DNA of 64,000 nucleotides from Paraspadella gotoi. Its lineage: Eukaryota > Animalia > Chaetognatha. The stretch spans positions 863,721 through 927,720 of the forward strand of contig JBJCIZ010000239.1 in assembly GCA_051294375.1 (NCBI GenBank), in the 5' to 3' direction. Positions within the stretch are counted from its first letter, which is position 1. Each line of letters begins with the position of its first letter. The translations under genes and the position numbers were made by a program. The notes beneath the pieces are model-generated. The model saw only the letters and a list, made by a program, of their open reading frames with translations, was not told the DNA's origin and made no database searches. Shown here one piece after another: positions 26,901-39,066 of the stretch.

Positions 26901-28268
26901 GATCGGTCTGTCCCAGCTTCCGTTGAAAATGCTCATAACTTGCCTATCAGTCGGTTGCTCATTTGTTAAGACAGGGAAAAAATTCAAATATAAGGGACTG
27001 GCAGCGACGCCTTCGGAACTCAAAAAGACTATAAAAGAATAAAAGACGATATTCCGATGCATGTACGCGTGGTTAACACACGGGCCTAAAGTAGTGCCAC
27101 ACTTGGATGGACCGATCTTGTTTATTTAGTCTTAGCCCTTATGGGCAGATTCGACTCTATAAAATCCACTTTGGGCCTTGTCTCTCTGGTCGCCCCCCAG
27201 TAATTTGGTCCGGTTCAGTCACTTATATCATTTTAAACACATCGATTATGATAAATTATGGCAAAAAAAAAAAAAATTGATGTCCGTCCGGGTCCGGTCC
27301 ATCCATCCGTCCCACTTAGCATTACTCTCCAATTACTCTGTGAACGGATAGAATGGATTGAGATGAAATTTGTATTAGCGGGTAGAAAAGTGTGTGCTGA
27401 AGCAGGATGTTAAAGTTTCTTACTGGAATCGTGCGAGTGGAAATTAGTTTAAATGGGAAAAAAACGGAAATCATATTACTTGAATTCGTTTACTTATAAT
27501 TTACTTTTATTATTCCAATTATTGATAATTGGATGGAATGATTCAATGACACTTTCTCGTGCGTAGGAAAAGGAAAGTCATGTGGATTGAACTGGACAGT
27601 TACAAGTTTCGGTCTTTTAGTGGAAAAGTTTCATAAATGGGATAAAAAACAAAGGTCACATTATTGAAGTCTTTTTGAATTTTAAAGTTTCTCTCTCCTC
27701 TCTCTCCCCTTCTTACTCTTCTCTCTCTCTCTCTCTCTTCTCTCTCTCCTCTCTCCATTAAAATGTGTTAATTAGCTGATTGATGATTGATGAATGATTG
27801 ATTGATCTATTCTTTTATTGATTTATACAGTTTGTAATTTCTTTCGTTTTCGTTATTATCGATAAGTTTTTTTTTATTATTTAAAAACAACTGTAAGAGT
27901 TGAAACAAAAAAAAAAAACTTTACATCTACAAATTGATTTATTATAAAATGTTAAATTTAATTAGCTTAGATATGTGATATCTTTATCGCATTATATCCT
28001 TTGAACCGTTCCTACATTAATTATCTGGCAGCACCAGTAGATTTATAAAGTTATAAAATTCTGCTCTCCCAACACCACCGAGTGAAACCAGAGCTCTAGG
28101 ATATTAAACCTGATAAAATTTCTAGAAGCCGTGACGATTATTTACATAGTTTAACATCAAAATTATATTATGAATTGGTACAACAATATATATAATATTA
28201 TATTATTGAAAATTTGAAAATTACTCTCTTTCACTATTTCTATTTTCCTTATATTATTACTTAATATG

Positions 28269-29254
28269 CTATAGGAACAGTGACATATTTAACATCTTCG
28301 GTTTTTTTCCGATTTTTCGTTTCTGCCCTTTTCGTCGTCGACCGCCATCTTTGTCGTCCTTTTCCTCCTCTTCGTCCCCCTTCCGCGCGGCGGCGACGTT
28401 TGACGCCCGCAGATCAGCGGCCCATGAACGCCAAACGACGCCGCGAACCACGAGCGCCTCCGGCCTCGGATTCGAAGGTCCGAGGAACGAGGCAGACCGA
28501 AGACCTCGACTTGATAAAAATAGAACAAGATCCGCACCCGAGCCTAGGCCCCGACTAACAGGAGGAAGGAGTGACGACGAGCGGCGACGGAGGCTCGTCC
28601 CAGCCACGCCCACCATCCACACGTGCGCTGGTGACCGATAGAGGAGGAGCGCATCGACGGCGACGAAGTTACGAGGATGCGGAAGAGCGAAGGCAGCGGC
28701 GCGAAAGAAAATATCGGAGAAAGAAGATGACGCGACGCAAGAAACCAGCGTCCATGCGAGGCGACAATTTCGACACGAGGGACGGTCTTGTCGTTACGTC
28801 GATGGGCGAGGCAGTGACCGACGGGTGCGGGTTCATTCGTGGCATCCTGAGAGATGGAGAGACGGTGACCGCTCGCCGGACGGGTGTCACGCCACGAATT
28901 CAGCGGTGGCGAACCGTCGAAAGCTCCTTTTCCGCCCGACTGCGCCTCGTTTCTTCCGCGAGAGGTAAATCAAGGCCGTATAAGCGCTCAACACTGCATA
29001 ATAATCTGAAAAGGAAACAGAGCGACGCTTCCGAAGAGGCGAGCTCTCGTTCTCCGCAAACGCTGCCAAAGAGGCTGTCGAGATTTCGACGGAGAGCAGG
29101 ACGGCGACGACTCGGAGGGTGAAGCGGCAGAGGCGGGCGAGGATCGGGCCGCCGCCGCAGCGTCGTCGCGGGGGCGCTGCGGCTGGACTCCAAAAAAGAA
29201 GACGAAGACGGCGAGGAGTAGGACAGCAGCGCCTTGGTTGTCGCGTCGGTGGCT
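28269..29254 (-). CDS. Nested gene 2, copy A (exon 2 only; many indels)
   Basis: Colinear with 33482-34436. Confidence 0.6.
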
Positions 29255-29881
29255 CTGTTACCGTTAATGAATTAAATATATATAAATTAGTTAGTTAGTT
29301 AGTTAGTTAAAAGTTGTTTCATTCATCGAAGATTACTAATGATACGCCGAGACACTGAGTAATTTTTTTTTCATTCTGAATAAATATTATGGCGTTAAAC
29401 TTATCGTTTAATCCCTGGCTTGTTATTTATATATTTTTTATGAATTTTAATATCTTGAAAGGATTCTACAATTTTTGGAGAAAAAAAATTGATATTTGCG
29501 GTATTGGTAATTAAATAACAACTTAACTAATTTAATCGGAAAAATTACTAATTTGGATTCATTTCTATGAAATTGGTACAACCAATATAAAAATTATCCA
29601 TTCATTAATAAATAAGCTATCTTGCCCCTGACTTTGGACAGGCTTTTGGTGGTTTAAGGCTCCATCACTCTTACAAGATAATGACATAGCAGNNNNNNNN
29701 NNNNNNNNNNNNNNNNNCCTGAAATATCCATATATTTTTATCAATTTAAAAAATCCATCCATTGACATCTCAATCCGTCTATCCGTCCAAAACATCCAAT
29801 GGTTTATCAACCAATTCAGTCTTATCAATCAGTATTTTCTCTTCTTCTCCTTCATTCACTATTTATAAATATCTCTCCCAG

Positions 29882-30562
29882 ACATCCGACAGCCGCGCCC
29901 GAACTTGGCCCCGCGACGCCGGTCTGGACCCGAACGCGCTTAACGAGCCACTGACAACGAGCCAGGCGCTCAAGGAGCGGGTGAGACTCGGCGGGCGGCA
30001 AAGAGATTTTTTAAATCATGTTTTAGTTACTCATTTTGATAAGTATACTTTATAAGATAGGTAAAGTATTCGGCCATTGCATAAGTTCAACCCGCCTATA
30101 AGCATGACACCTTCAGCCGGTGGCTCAATGAGGAAAAACCATTATCCATTAATTTAATAAATAAGCTGTCTTGTCACCCCTAACTTTGGACAATGGACAT
30201 ACTATATTATTTATTCATAAAATGTGTTAGAAAACTTCATTTAAGTTTTCGAACACATTTGTGGATAAGGCGATACGTGGGCTGAAGATGACTGTCCGTA
30301 ACTTCTATAACCCCCTCTAGCAGCCATGGAACGGGTCCCTGGGCTTGGAACCAGGCTTGAGGGTTTGCCATGCCCCCAAGGCGGCTTACGGCCGTCCTCA
30401 CGCTTCCCGCAGGGTAGGTACCGGGTTGGGCTTGAACCCGGTACCTAGTGGTCATGAGCTGATGGCTTTACTCAATGAGCCACCGGGTCACAACTGAAAG
30501 TGTCATGATTCTAGGCGGGGTGAACCTAGGCAATGCCCGACTACACATTTTATGATTAATAA

Positions 30563-30599
<37 letters not shown>

Positions 30600-32258
30600 A
30601 CAGACCAACCGAGCGGCAAAGCGCGCTCGCAAGGCCGGCGAGCGCGTCGGCGCCGCTTTGCGCGATCGATCAAAGAGCGCCGCCAGCATCATACGCGATC
30701 GTTCGAACAGCGCCGGTCGGGCGGTCTGGCACGCCTCGGCCGACGCCGGCCGCGCTATTCGTCGATCATCGGAGCGCGCCGGTCGGGCCGTGGCGAGCGC
30801 CTCGGGCGGCGCTGGCCACGCCGTACGCGAAGCCTCGCGCAGCGCGGGAAGGTCGGTGGGGAGCGCGTCGCGTAGCGCGGGGCGGAAATTGCGCGGCGCA
30901 TCGAGAGACGCGGGGAGAGCGGCTGGGAAGAAGACGAAGAAGGCTGGAACGAGAATGAGGGAGAAAACGAAGGCGGTCGGGAGGAGAGGTGTGATTGGTG
31001 CTTGCTTCCGTGCTTGGATAAATGCTTGTTGAGATGAGTGACTCATGAAAAAAAGCTCGTTAGAGAGATGGGGTGATTATTGGCGAATGCTCGGAGGTTT
31101 GATGGGTTGGGAGAAGATTGTGGTAGAAGATTGCTGGGATGCCTCGGTAAGATAGGGTTAAATAGACGAATTTTGTCGTCGGGCATTGCCAAAGTTCACC
31201 CCGCCTATAAGCATGACACTTTCAGTTGTGACCCGGTTGCTCATTGACCACTAAGTACCGGGTTCAATCCCAACCAGGTGCCTATCCCGCGGGAAGCGTG
31301 AGGACGGCCGTAAACCGCCTTGGGGGCGTTGAAAAACCCCACGCCTGGTTCCAAGCCCAGGACCCGTTCCATTGCTGCTGAGGTGGGCAAATTGGGCAAA
31401 GAAAGTAAAATAAGTTTGAATTTTTCTATGACGCTGAAGAAGGCTCTTGTGACTAAAGCCCGAAACATGTACGTCCTTAGTACTAATAAATCGTTGTTGC
31501 AAATAAACTCAAACTTATTTAACTATCTAATCCAAAACACAACGAATTGAAAGGAAATTCGCTATGCTAATACTCAATATTTTAAATTGAATTTTAAACG
31601 AAAGAATGTTAAATCAAATTTTGTTTAGATTTCTCCAATAAAAAAATCATTTCCGTTCAAAATAAATAAATGAATACAATAATAATAAATATAAATAACT
31701 AAATAATTTTTCTCAGTCCGCCGCAAATCCAAAGAACTCGGCGCCGCTATCCGCTCCCGCTCCGCGTCGGCGATGTCCCGCGCCGGGGCGGCGCTGGCCT
31801 CGGCGGCTCGCGGCGCCAAACGCGGGATGGCGCGATCGAACGAACGGACCCGGCGCGACGTGGCGGCCGCCTCGGCGGCGACGAAGCGTCGGATGCGGCG
31901 TTCGAGAGAATCGGCGCGCCGCGGCGTCGGCGCCGTCTCGGCTCGGGCGAGATCGGCGCTGAGGCGCGCTCGTCTCAAGACGCGCGTCAAAGTGGAGAAC
32001 GTCAAGTTGAGGATGGAGCGAGGATGGAAGCGGAGACCGAGATGCGTGAGACCGGAATTGGAGGAGGAGGAGGAGGAAGAGGAGGAGGCGAAGAGGAGGT
32101 GGACCAGGTCAGTAGAAGAGGGGAGGCTCGGAGACTCGGCTTGTTTCTTTGTTTCTTTGTTTCGTAGAAGAGGGAGGCTAGAATGTTACTATTGCGACGG
32201 TCGGTCGCTCGATCGGTCTGTCCCGCTTCCGTTGAAACTGCTCATAACTCGCCTATAG
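29882..32258 (+). CDS. Nested gene 1, copy B: exon 29882-29980 and alternative last exons 30604-31032 and 31717-~32258
   Basis: Cleaner translations: ...AASIIRDRSNS AGRAVWHASAD AGRAIRRSSER AGRAVASASGG AGHAVREASRS AGRSVGSASRS AGRKLRGASRD AGRAAGKKTKK AGTRMREKTKA VGRRGVIGACFRAWINAC* and RRKSKELGAAIRSRSASAMSRAGAALASAARGAKRGMARSNER... Confidence 0.75.
30261..30542 (-). mobile_element. Full-length SINE-like family 1 element with 8-bp target-site duplication
   Basis: Flanked by acacattt (30253-30260 and 30543-30550) and absent from the equivalent site in copy A (~25190). The reverse strand reads GACCCGG TGGCTCATTGAG TAAAGCCATCAG CTCATGA CCACTAGGTACCG GGTTCAAGCC (A box, CAT anticodon-like loop, B box). 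Confidence 0.85.
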
Positions 32259-32484
32259 TCGGTTGCTCATTTGTTAAGACAGGAAAAAAACTTCAAATAT
32301 GAGGGACTGCGAGCGACGCCTTCGGGAAATCAAAAAAACTATAAAGAATAAAAGACTGAATTCCGATGCAGTGCGCGTCGTAAACACACGGGCTAAAAAA
32401 GTCACATTGGATGGACCGATCTTGTTTATTTATTCTTAGCCTATGGCAGATTTCGACTCTATAATCCACTTTGCCTCTCTCTGG

Positions 32485-32940
32485 TCGCCCCCCAAATTTG
32501 GTCGGTCAGTCACTTATATCATTTTAAAACATCGAATTATGATAAATTATGCAAAAAAAAAAAATGATGTTCGTCGTCCATCCATCCGTCCCCACTTAGC
32601 ATTAATCTCCAATTACTCGTGAACGGATAGATGGATTGAGATGAAATTTTGTATGCGGGTAGAAAAGTGTGTGCTGAAGCAGGATGTAAAGTTTCTACGG
32701 AATCGTGCGAGTGGAAATTAGTTTAAATGGAAAAAACGAAAGTCATATTGACTTGAATTCGTTTACTTATATTTACTTATTATTATTCCAATTATTGATA
32801 ATTGGATGGATGGATTCAGATGACATTCTGTGCGTAGAAAAGAAAGTATGTGATTGAGCTGAAAGTAAAGTTTCGTCTTACTCTTAGTGGAAAAGATTTT
32901 AAATGGATAAAAACAAAGGTCACATTTATCTGAAGTCGTT
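32485..32940 (+). mobile_element. HINE/DINE-1-like non-autonomous repeat (copies ~27190-27680, ~35645-35890, ~40750-40990)
   Basis: A (gtcc)n/(catcc)n tract is followed by ...gaacggatagatggattgagatgaaatttt and an internal ~180-bp tandem duplication; present at two independent loci. The layout resembles Helentron-associated interspersed elements (recalled, not searched). Confidence 0.5.
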
Positions 32941-33481
32941 TTGAATTTTAAAGTTTCTCTCTCTCTCTCTCTCTTTCTCAGATTAAATGTTTAATTAGCT
33001 GATTGATTATTTGATTGAATGATTGATTGATCTATTCTTTTATTGATTTATTACAGTGTAATTTCTTTTGTTTCGTTGTTATCGATAAGTTTTTTTATTA
33101 TTTAAAAACAACTGTAAGAGTTGAAACAAAAAAAAAAACTTTACATCTAAAATTGATTTATTATAAAATGTTAAATTTTATTAGCTTAGAATAGTTGTAT
33201 CTTATCGCATTATAATCCTTGAACCTTCCTACATAATTATCTGGCAGCACCCAGTAGATTATAAAGTTATAAAGATTCCTGACTCTCCCAACACCACCGA
33301 GTGAACCAGAGCTTCTAGGATATTAAACCCTAGATAAAATTCTAGAACCGTGACATATTTACATATTTAACATCATAATATTATATTATGAAATTGGTAC
33401 AACCAATATATATAATATTATATTATGAAAATTTGAAAATTACTTCTTTCACTATTTTCTATTTATATTATTACTTAAATG

Positions 33482-35065
33482 CTATAGAACAGTGACATAT
33501 TTAACATCGTTCGGTTTTTCCGATTTTTCGTCTTCGCCCTTTTCGTCGTCGACGCCATCTTTGTCGTCCTCTTCCTCCTCTTCGTCCCCCTTCCGCGCGG
33601 CGGCGACGTTGACGCCGCAGATCAGCGCCATGAACGCCAACGACGCCGCGAACCACGACGCCTCCGCCTCGGATTCGAAGGTCCGAGGAACGAGGCAGAC
33701 GAAGACCTCGACTTGATAAAATAAAAAGACGCCGGCGAGAAAGGAGAGGTGACGACGAAGCGGCGACGAGGCTCGTCCCAGCCACGCCCACCCATCCACG
33801 ACGGCGGCGGTGACCGATAGAGGGAGCGCCATGACGGCGACGAAGTTACGAGGATGCGGAAGAGCGAGGCAGCGGGCGGAAAGAAATAATCGGAGAAAGA
33901 AGATGACGACGACGAAGAACAGCGTCCAATGCGAGAGCGACAATTTCGAACGAGGGACGGTCTTGTCGTTACGTCGATGGGGCGAGGCAGTGACCGACGG
34001 GTCGGGTTCATTCGTGGCATCCTGAGAGATGGAGAGACGTGACCCGTCGCCGGACGGGGTCAGGCCACGAATTTCAGGGTGAGGCGACGTCGAAAGCTCC
34101 TTTTCCGCCCGACTCGCCTCGATTTCCTCCGCGAGAAGGTAAATCAAGGCGTAATAAGCGCTCAAACAGCAAATGCATAATAATCTGAAAAGGAAACAGA
34201 GCGACGCTTCCGAAGAGGCGAGGCTCTCGTTATCCGCAAACGCTGCCAAAGAGGCTGTCGAGATTTCGACGGAGAGCAGGACGGCGACGACTCGGAGGGT
34301 GAAGCGGCAGAGGCGGGCGAGTATCGGCGCCGCCGCCGCAGCGTCGTCGCGGGGGCGCTGCGGCTGGACTCCAAAAAAGAAGACGAAGACGGCGAGGAGT
34401 AGGACAGCAGCGCCTTGGTTGTCGGCGTCGGTGGCTCTGTTACCGTTAATGAATTAAATATATATAAATTAGTTAGTTAGTTAGTTAGTTTAAAAGTTGT
34501 TTCATTCATCGAAGATACTAATGATACGCCGAGACCACTCGAGTAATTTTTTTTTCATTCTGAATAAATTATTATGCGTTAAACTTATCGTTAATCCCTG
34601 GCTTGTTATTTATATATTTTTTATGAATTTTAATATCTTTGAAAGGATTCTTACAATTTTGGAGAAAAAAAATTGAAATTTGCGGTATTGGTAATTAAAT
34701 AACAACTTAACTAAATTTATCGGAAAATTACTAATTTGGATTCATTTCTATGAAATTGGTACAACCAATATAAAAATTATCCATTCATTTAATAAATAAG
34801 CTATCTTGCCCCTGACTTTGGACAGGCTTTGGTGGTTTAAGGCCTCCATCACTCTTACAAGATAATGACATAGCAGGTCCCTGCAAGCTTTCAATCAAGA
34901 CTCTCTCACAGTCCCGTTTTATAAATTACGAATTAATTCAGGATCTTACCTCGTGACGTTTGACCAATGATAAGCGAAACGTTTTTGGAATAAAACGGCA
35001 ACGGTAAAAACGACAACGACGACAATGAAGAGATGAACAGTTTCTCTCTTCAAAGGTTTAAACAT
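33482..35065 (-). CDS. Nested gene 2: ~356-aa multi-pass (about 8 TM) orphan membrane protein; exons 35065-34950 and 34436-33482
   Basis: MFKPLKRETVHLFIVVVVVFTVAVLFQKRFAYHWSNVT-AG|gtaaga ... aacag|A-GCC joins in phase 2 (116+955 nt = 357 codons). It continues AAVLLLAVFVFFFG...LCRFTLRVVAVLLSVEIS...SLCFLFRLLCICCLSAYYALIYLL... and ends in an acidic tail and KYVTVL*. Confidence 0.8.
34750..34862 (+). repeat. Short interspersed repeat (aaattatccattcatttaat..agctatcttg.ccctgactttggacaggctttggtgg.ttaaggcctccatcactctta)
   Basis: Near-identical copies at ~29570-29680 and at an independent locus ~63175-63290; degenerate copies at ~25060 and ~30140. Confidence 0.75.
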
Positions 35066-36869
35066 TTTTTTTTCTTTAGTCGCTTTGAGAAAATGAAAAA
35101 CCTAACAGGTTTTTACGTTTGTTCTTGATTCCGATATATCTCGTGTCAATGTAGCCACAGCAAAAAAAAACCGGTTCGAGCTCGAGATTTGACTTATTTT
35201 CCCAAAACACCCCGTTTCGTTTTAGATTTGGAAATTATTAATTTTTTTTAAGATGAAAAAAAAAATTGGGTTAGTGGTTAGGGTTTAGCTTGGGTTGGGT
35301 GATTAGGTGATTAGGTGATTAGGTGATTAGCTGATTACTGACGAGGGCTTTGGATTGGATTAGTGACCAGTGATTAACATTAGGAATTAGGATTAAGGAA
35401 TATAATATCGAGAAACATTTAATTTAATTTAAAATTATTTGTGAAAGAGGTAAATCATGAAGGATTGTATTATACGATCTATTATTTCTTCTAAATTTAG
35501 ATTAGGATTCAAAATTAAATATGTACGAAAAATACTTTGTGGAAAAAAAACAAACAAAACAACCGAAAATTTCGACTGAATTTCTTTTTTCTTTCGTTTT
35601 TAGGCGGATCTGCTTACAGCAGATTCCGGCTTCTAAAATCCACTTTGTCGGTCAGTCGGTCCACCCAAAATGTTGTGGTGAGTCGCATACATCATCTCGA
35701 AAATGTCCGCAAATTATGATAAAATATGGCAACAACAACAACAAAATGATGTCCGTCCCGTCCGTCGGTCCCCCGTGGATGGGGCGATGACCTCGAAATT
35801 TTGTAATGTGGGATAGGAAAGTTCGTGATTGAGCTGGAAACAAGTTTCGAATGGGAACGTCTGAGGGAAATGAGGTTAAATGAAAAAATTCTACTATTGA
35901 TAAATTTTTCTTAATATTAAGTAAATTCAAGCTGCATTAATTATATAAATTAGTATTAATTAATTATTATTTGTCCTTAATTAATTTAATTAATTTAGTT
36001 TTGTGATCAGAATTGTTGTATTGTGATTGAGAGGCGAGACAAAGTGGAACACGATTTTGACGGATAAAAAGTTATTATTTTATTAATTATACTAATTTAT
36101 TAATTAAATAATTAAATTATCATTATCGTGGGTAGATCCGGCCATAGTTGTTCCTAACACTTTTCGTATAGGGTGAGCTGATTTTTTATTGGTGCCGTGA
36201 GATGTTATAGTATGAAAATCAGTAGTTTATGTCGGTTGAAAAAGTCTCTTTTTGGGCTGACAGCTTTGGTCCGACCTGTCTCCTTTGACCCCAATTAGTG
36301 CCGTTAATGATATCCGGTCAGAAAAGTTCCGGTTAAAGCCAGCCGGTTGGGGCACTTAATGTGGGGGGCTCACCATACTGTCAGAAGGGCAATTGTAAGT
36401 TTCGTTTTCCCTCGGGTATTTTATCTACATTATTCGATTCGGTATAACAGTTTTTTGACGATTCGAATGGATTTAAATTCGTTTTTTTTTTATAATAAAA
36501 AAGAATCGCACGCGAAAGCGACATGACCAAAAATCCCCGAACACAAAAAAAAATGACATTAACGTCACTGACATATCTGCTCATCATTATCCATAACTGT
36601 CATTATCATTATCATTATAATAATAACTGTCATATATTCCATAACTGTCATTATCATTATCATATCATACTGTCATTACACATTGCCATAACTGTCATTA
36701 TCATTATCCATACTGCATTATCATCATTCCAAACTGTCATTATCAATATCTGTCATTATCATTATCATATTATCCATAACTGTCATTATCATTATCATTA
36801 TATACCATATCATTTCACCATAACAATCATATATAATACTGTCATCGCCCCCCCCGTTCTTCTCCCCAG

Positions 36870-37802
36870 CGACGGAAGCCGCCGAACGGACGTTTCCAAG
36901 TGTTTCAAATACTCCGCCGCCGGGAGCGCCTCTTTCGTCGACGGAGAAGGCGGAGGGCGAATCGACGAGTCGACGACGAGGACGAAGACGACGAAGACGA
37001 CGACGACGAAGACGACGACGAGATCGCGGCGGCGATCGCCGCTCAATTCCCGGAGTTGGCGGCCAAGACTCGACGCAAGTTCGCCGTCGCCGTCGCCGAC
37101 GCGGAAGCAGCGTCGTCGCCGCGGGCAGCGCGGCAGCCGCCGAGACGTCAGCGTGGCGGAACTCCTCAAACGGGTCGTGTGGGGAAGAGGAGGAGGAAGA
37201 GGAAGATAGGGCTGGATTCGCGAGGAGGAGGTGGAAGAGGAGGAGGAGGAAGAGGCGGAGGAGGAAGAGGACGTGAGCGACGAGGACGCGAATCAGCGTC
37301 GGACGAACGAGGCGAAATGGAGGAAGCGACGCCAGCCGGAGCCGCTCGCACGTTGGCCGAGGTGATTTGGGGTTTTGCGGCTTCGAATCGAAATCGGTCA
37401 ATTAATGACGATTAAATGACAATCAATACCAATCGGTCAATCGATTAACGACAAAGTAATGGAAGATTAATGACAATCAATATCAATCAGTTCGATCGAA
37501 ACGACAATTAATGACAGTTAATGACAATCGGTCGATCGAGAAGGACGATCAATTGTTGAATAAATAAAATTTGCATCGGTAAATGTATCACACTAATTAA
37601 AGGGGGTCAAGGTCGATTACTTAATTATTCACAAGTCGCAACAATGTAAATTGGTATTGTCGATTGGGGCAATGGATTGCTTATCAATCGATCAATCGAT
37701 CAATCGATCAATAAATCAATAGATCAATCAATGAATCAATGAATCAATGAATCAATGAATCAATGAATCAATAAATCAATCAATCAATCAATCAATCAAT
37801 CG

Positions 37803-37840
<38 letters not shown>

Positions 37841-37850
37841 CGATCAATCG

Positions 37851-37889
<39 letters not shown>

Positions 37890-38474
37890 TATCAATGAAT
37901 CATGAATCAATCAATCGATCAATCGATCAATCGATCAATCGATCAATCGATCAATCGATCAATCGATCAATCGATCAATCAATCAATAAATCAATCAATC
38001 GATCAATCAATCAATCAATCCTTTCCCCTTTCCCCAAGACAACCCTGGAGGAGACTCTCGGCTCCGACTTCGTCTCCACCCGTTCGCCGTCAAGGATTAT
38101 CGTCGAAGCCTCAAGCGGGTCGCGGAGGCGACGACGAAGGCTTTGGGACGCGGACCGAGGGTCGGCGGCCGCCGCTTCGCCGCCTTCAAGGCCACCTTCA
38201 CCTCGGCGAGACTCAGCGAAGCCAGCGAGAGACGCCTGGCGGGGAAACTCTCGGACTTTGCGCCGGAAGCCGGAAACCCGGCGGCCGAGGTCGTCGTGAG
38301 AGACGCCAGTGAGATCGGGATAGGGTTTGGGGGAGACGGAAAAGGAATCGCTCTCTCTCTCTTTCTCTCGCTCTCTTTCTCTCTTTTTCTCTTTCTCTCT
38401 TTCTCCCTCCCTCCCTCTCTCTCTCTCTCTCCCTCTCTCTCACTCTCCCTCTCTTTCTATCATTCTCTCTTTCT

Positions 38475-38546
<72 letters not shown>

Positions 38547-38638
38547 CCTCTCTCTCACTCTCCCTCTCTTTCTATCTTTCTCTCTTTCTCCCTGCCTTCT
38601 CTCTCCCTCTCTCTTTATCTCCCCTCTCTCTCTCTCTC

Positions 38639-38705
<67 letters not shown>

Positions 38706-38982
38706 ACCCCTCCCCCCCCTCACTCTCTCTTCTCTCTCTCCTCCCTCTCTCTCTCTCTCTCCCTCTCTCCCTCCCACTTTCCATCTCTCCAGGCGAGGGC
38801 TTCGCCAAGACGGCGGAGTCCTTCGATCACTCGAAGTCGACCTCAACGTGGAATTCCTTCGTCCGATGCGGAAGTTCTTGAAGGACGACTGAGGATGTTC
38901 AGAGTCAAGGAGAAGTACGTGGAGAAGCTCGCCAATAAGATCGTGAAAGCGAGGCTCAGGGAGAGATGACGCAGGTTGGTTT

Positions 38983-39066
<84 letters not shown>

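Larger units (their letters stand above)
23995..34875. repeat. Tandem near-duplicate block: copy A ~23995-29692, copy B 29718-~34875, joined at a 25-N gap
   Basis: Colinear exons and repeats; the copies differ by reciprocal insertions (A ~24406-25024, B 30261-30542). Confidence 0.9.

Noticed and set aside
35270-35345. Telomeric TTAGG array or telomere-targeted insertion
   Set aside because: It is a short (ttaggtga)n 8-bp repeat, not (TTAGG)n, and no associated element is seen.
38320-38790. Long SLSLSL/RERERE ORFs here and at many other sites in the ORF track
   Set aside because: These are translations of CT/GA microsatellites in introns.
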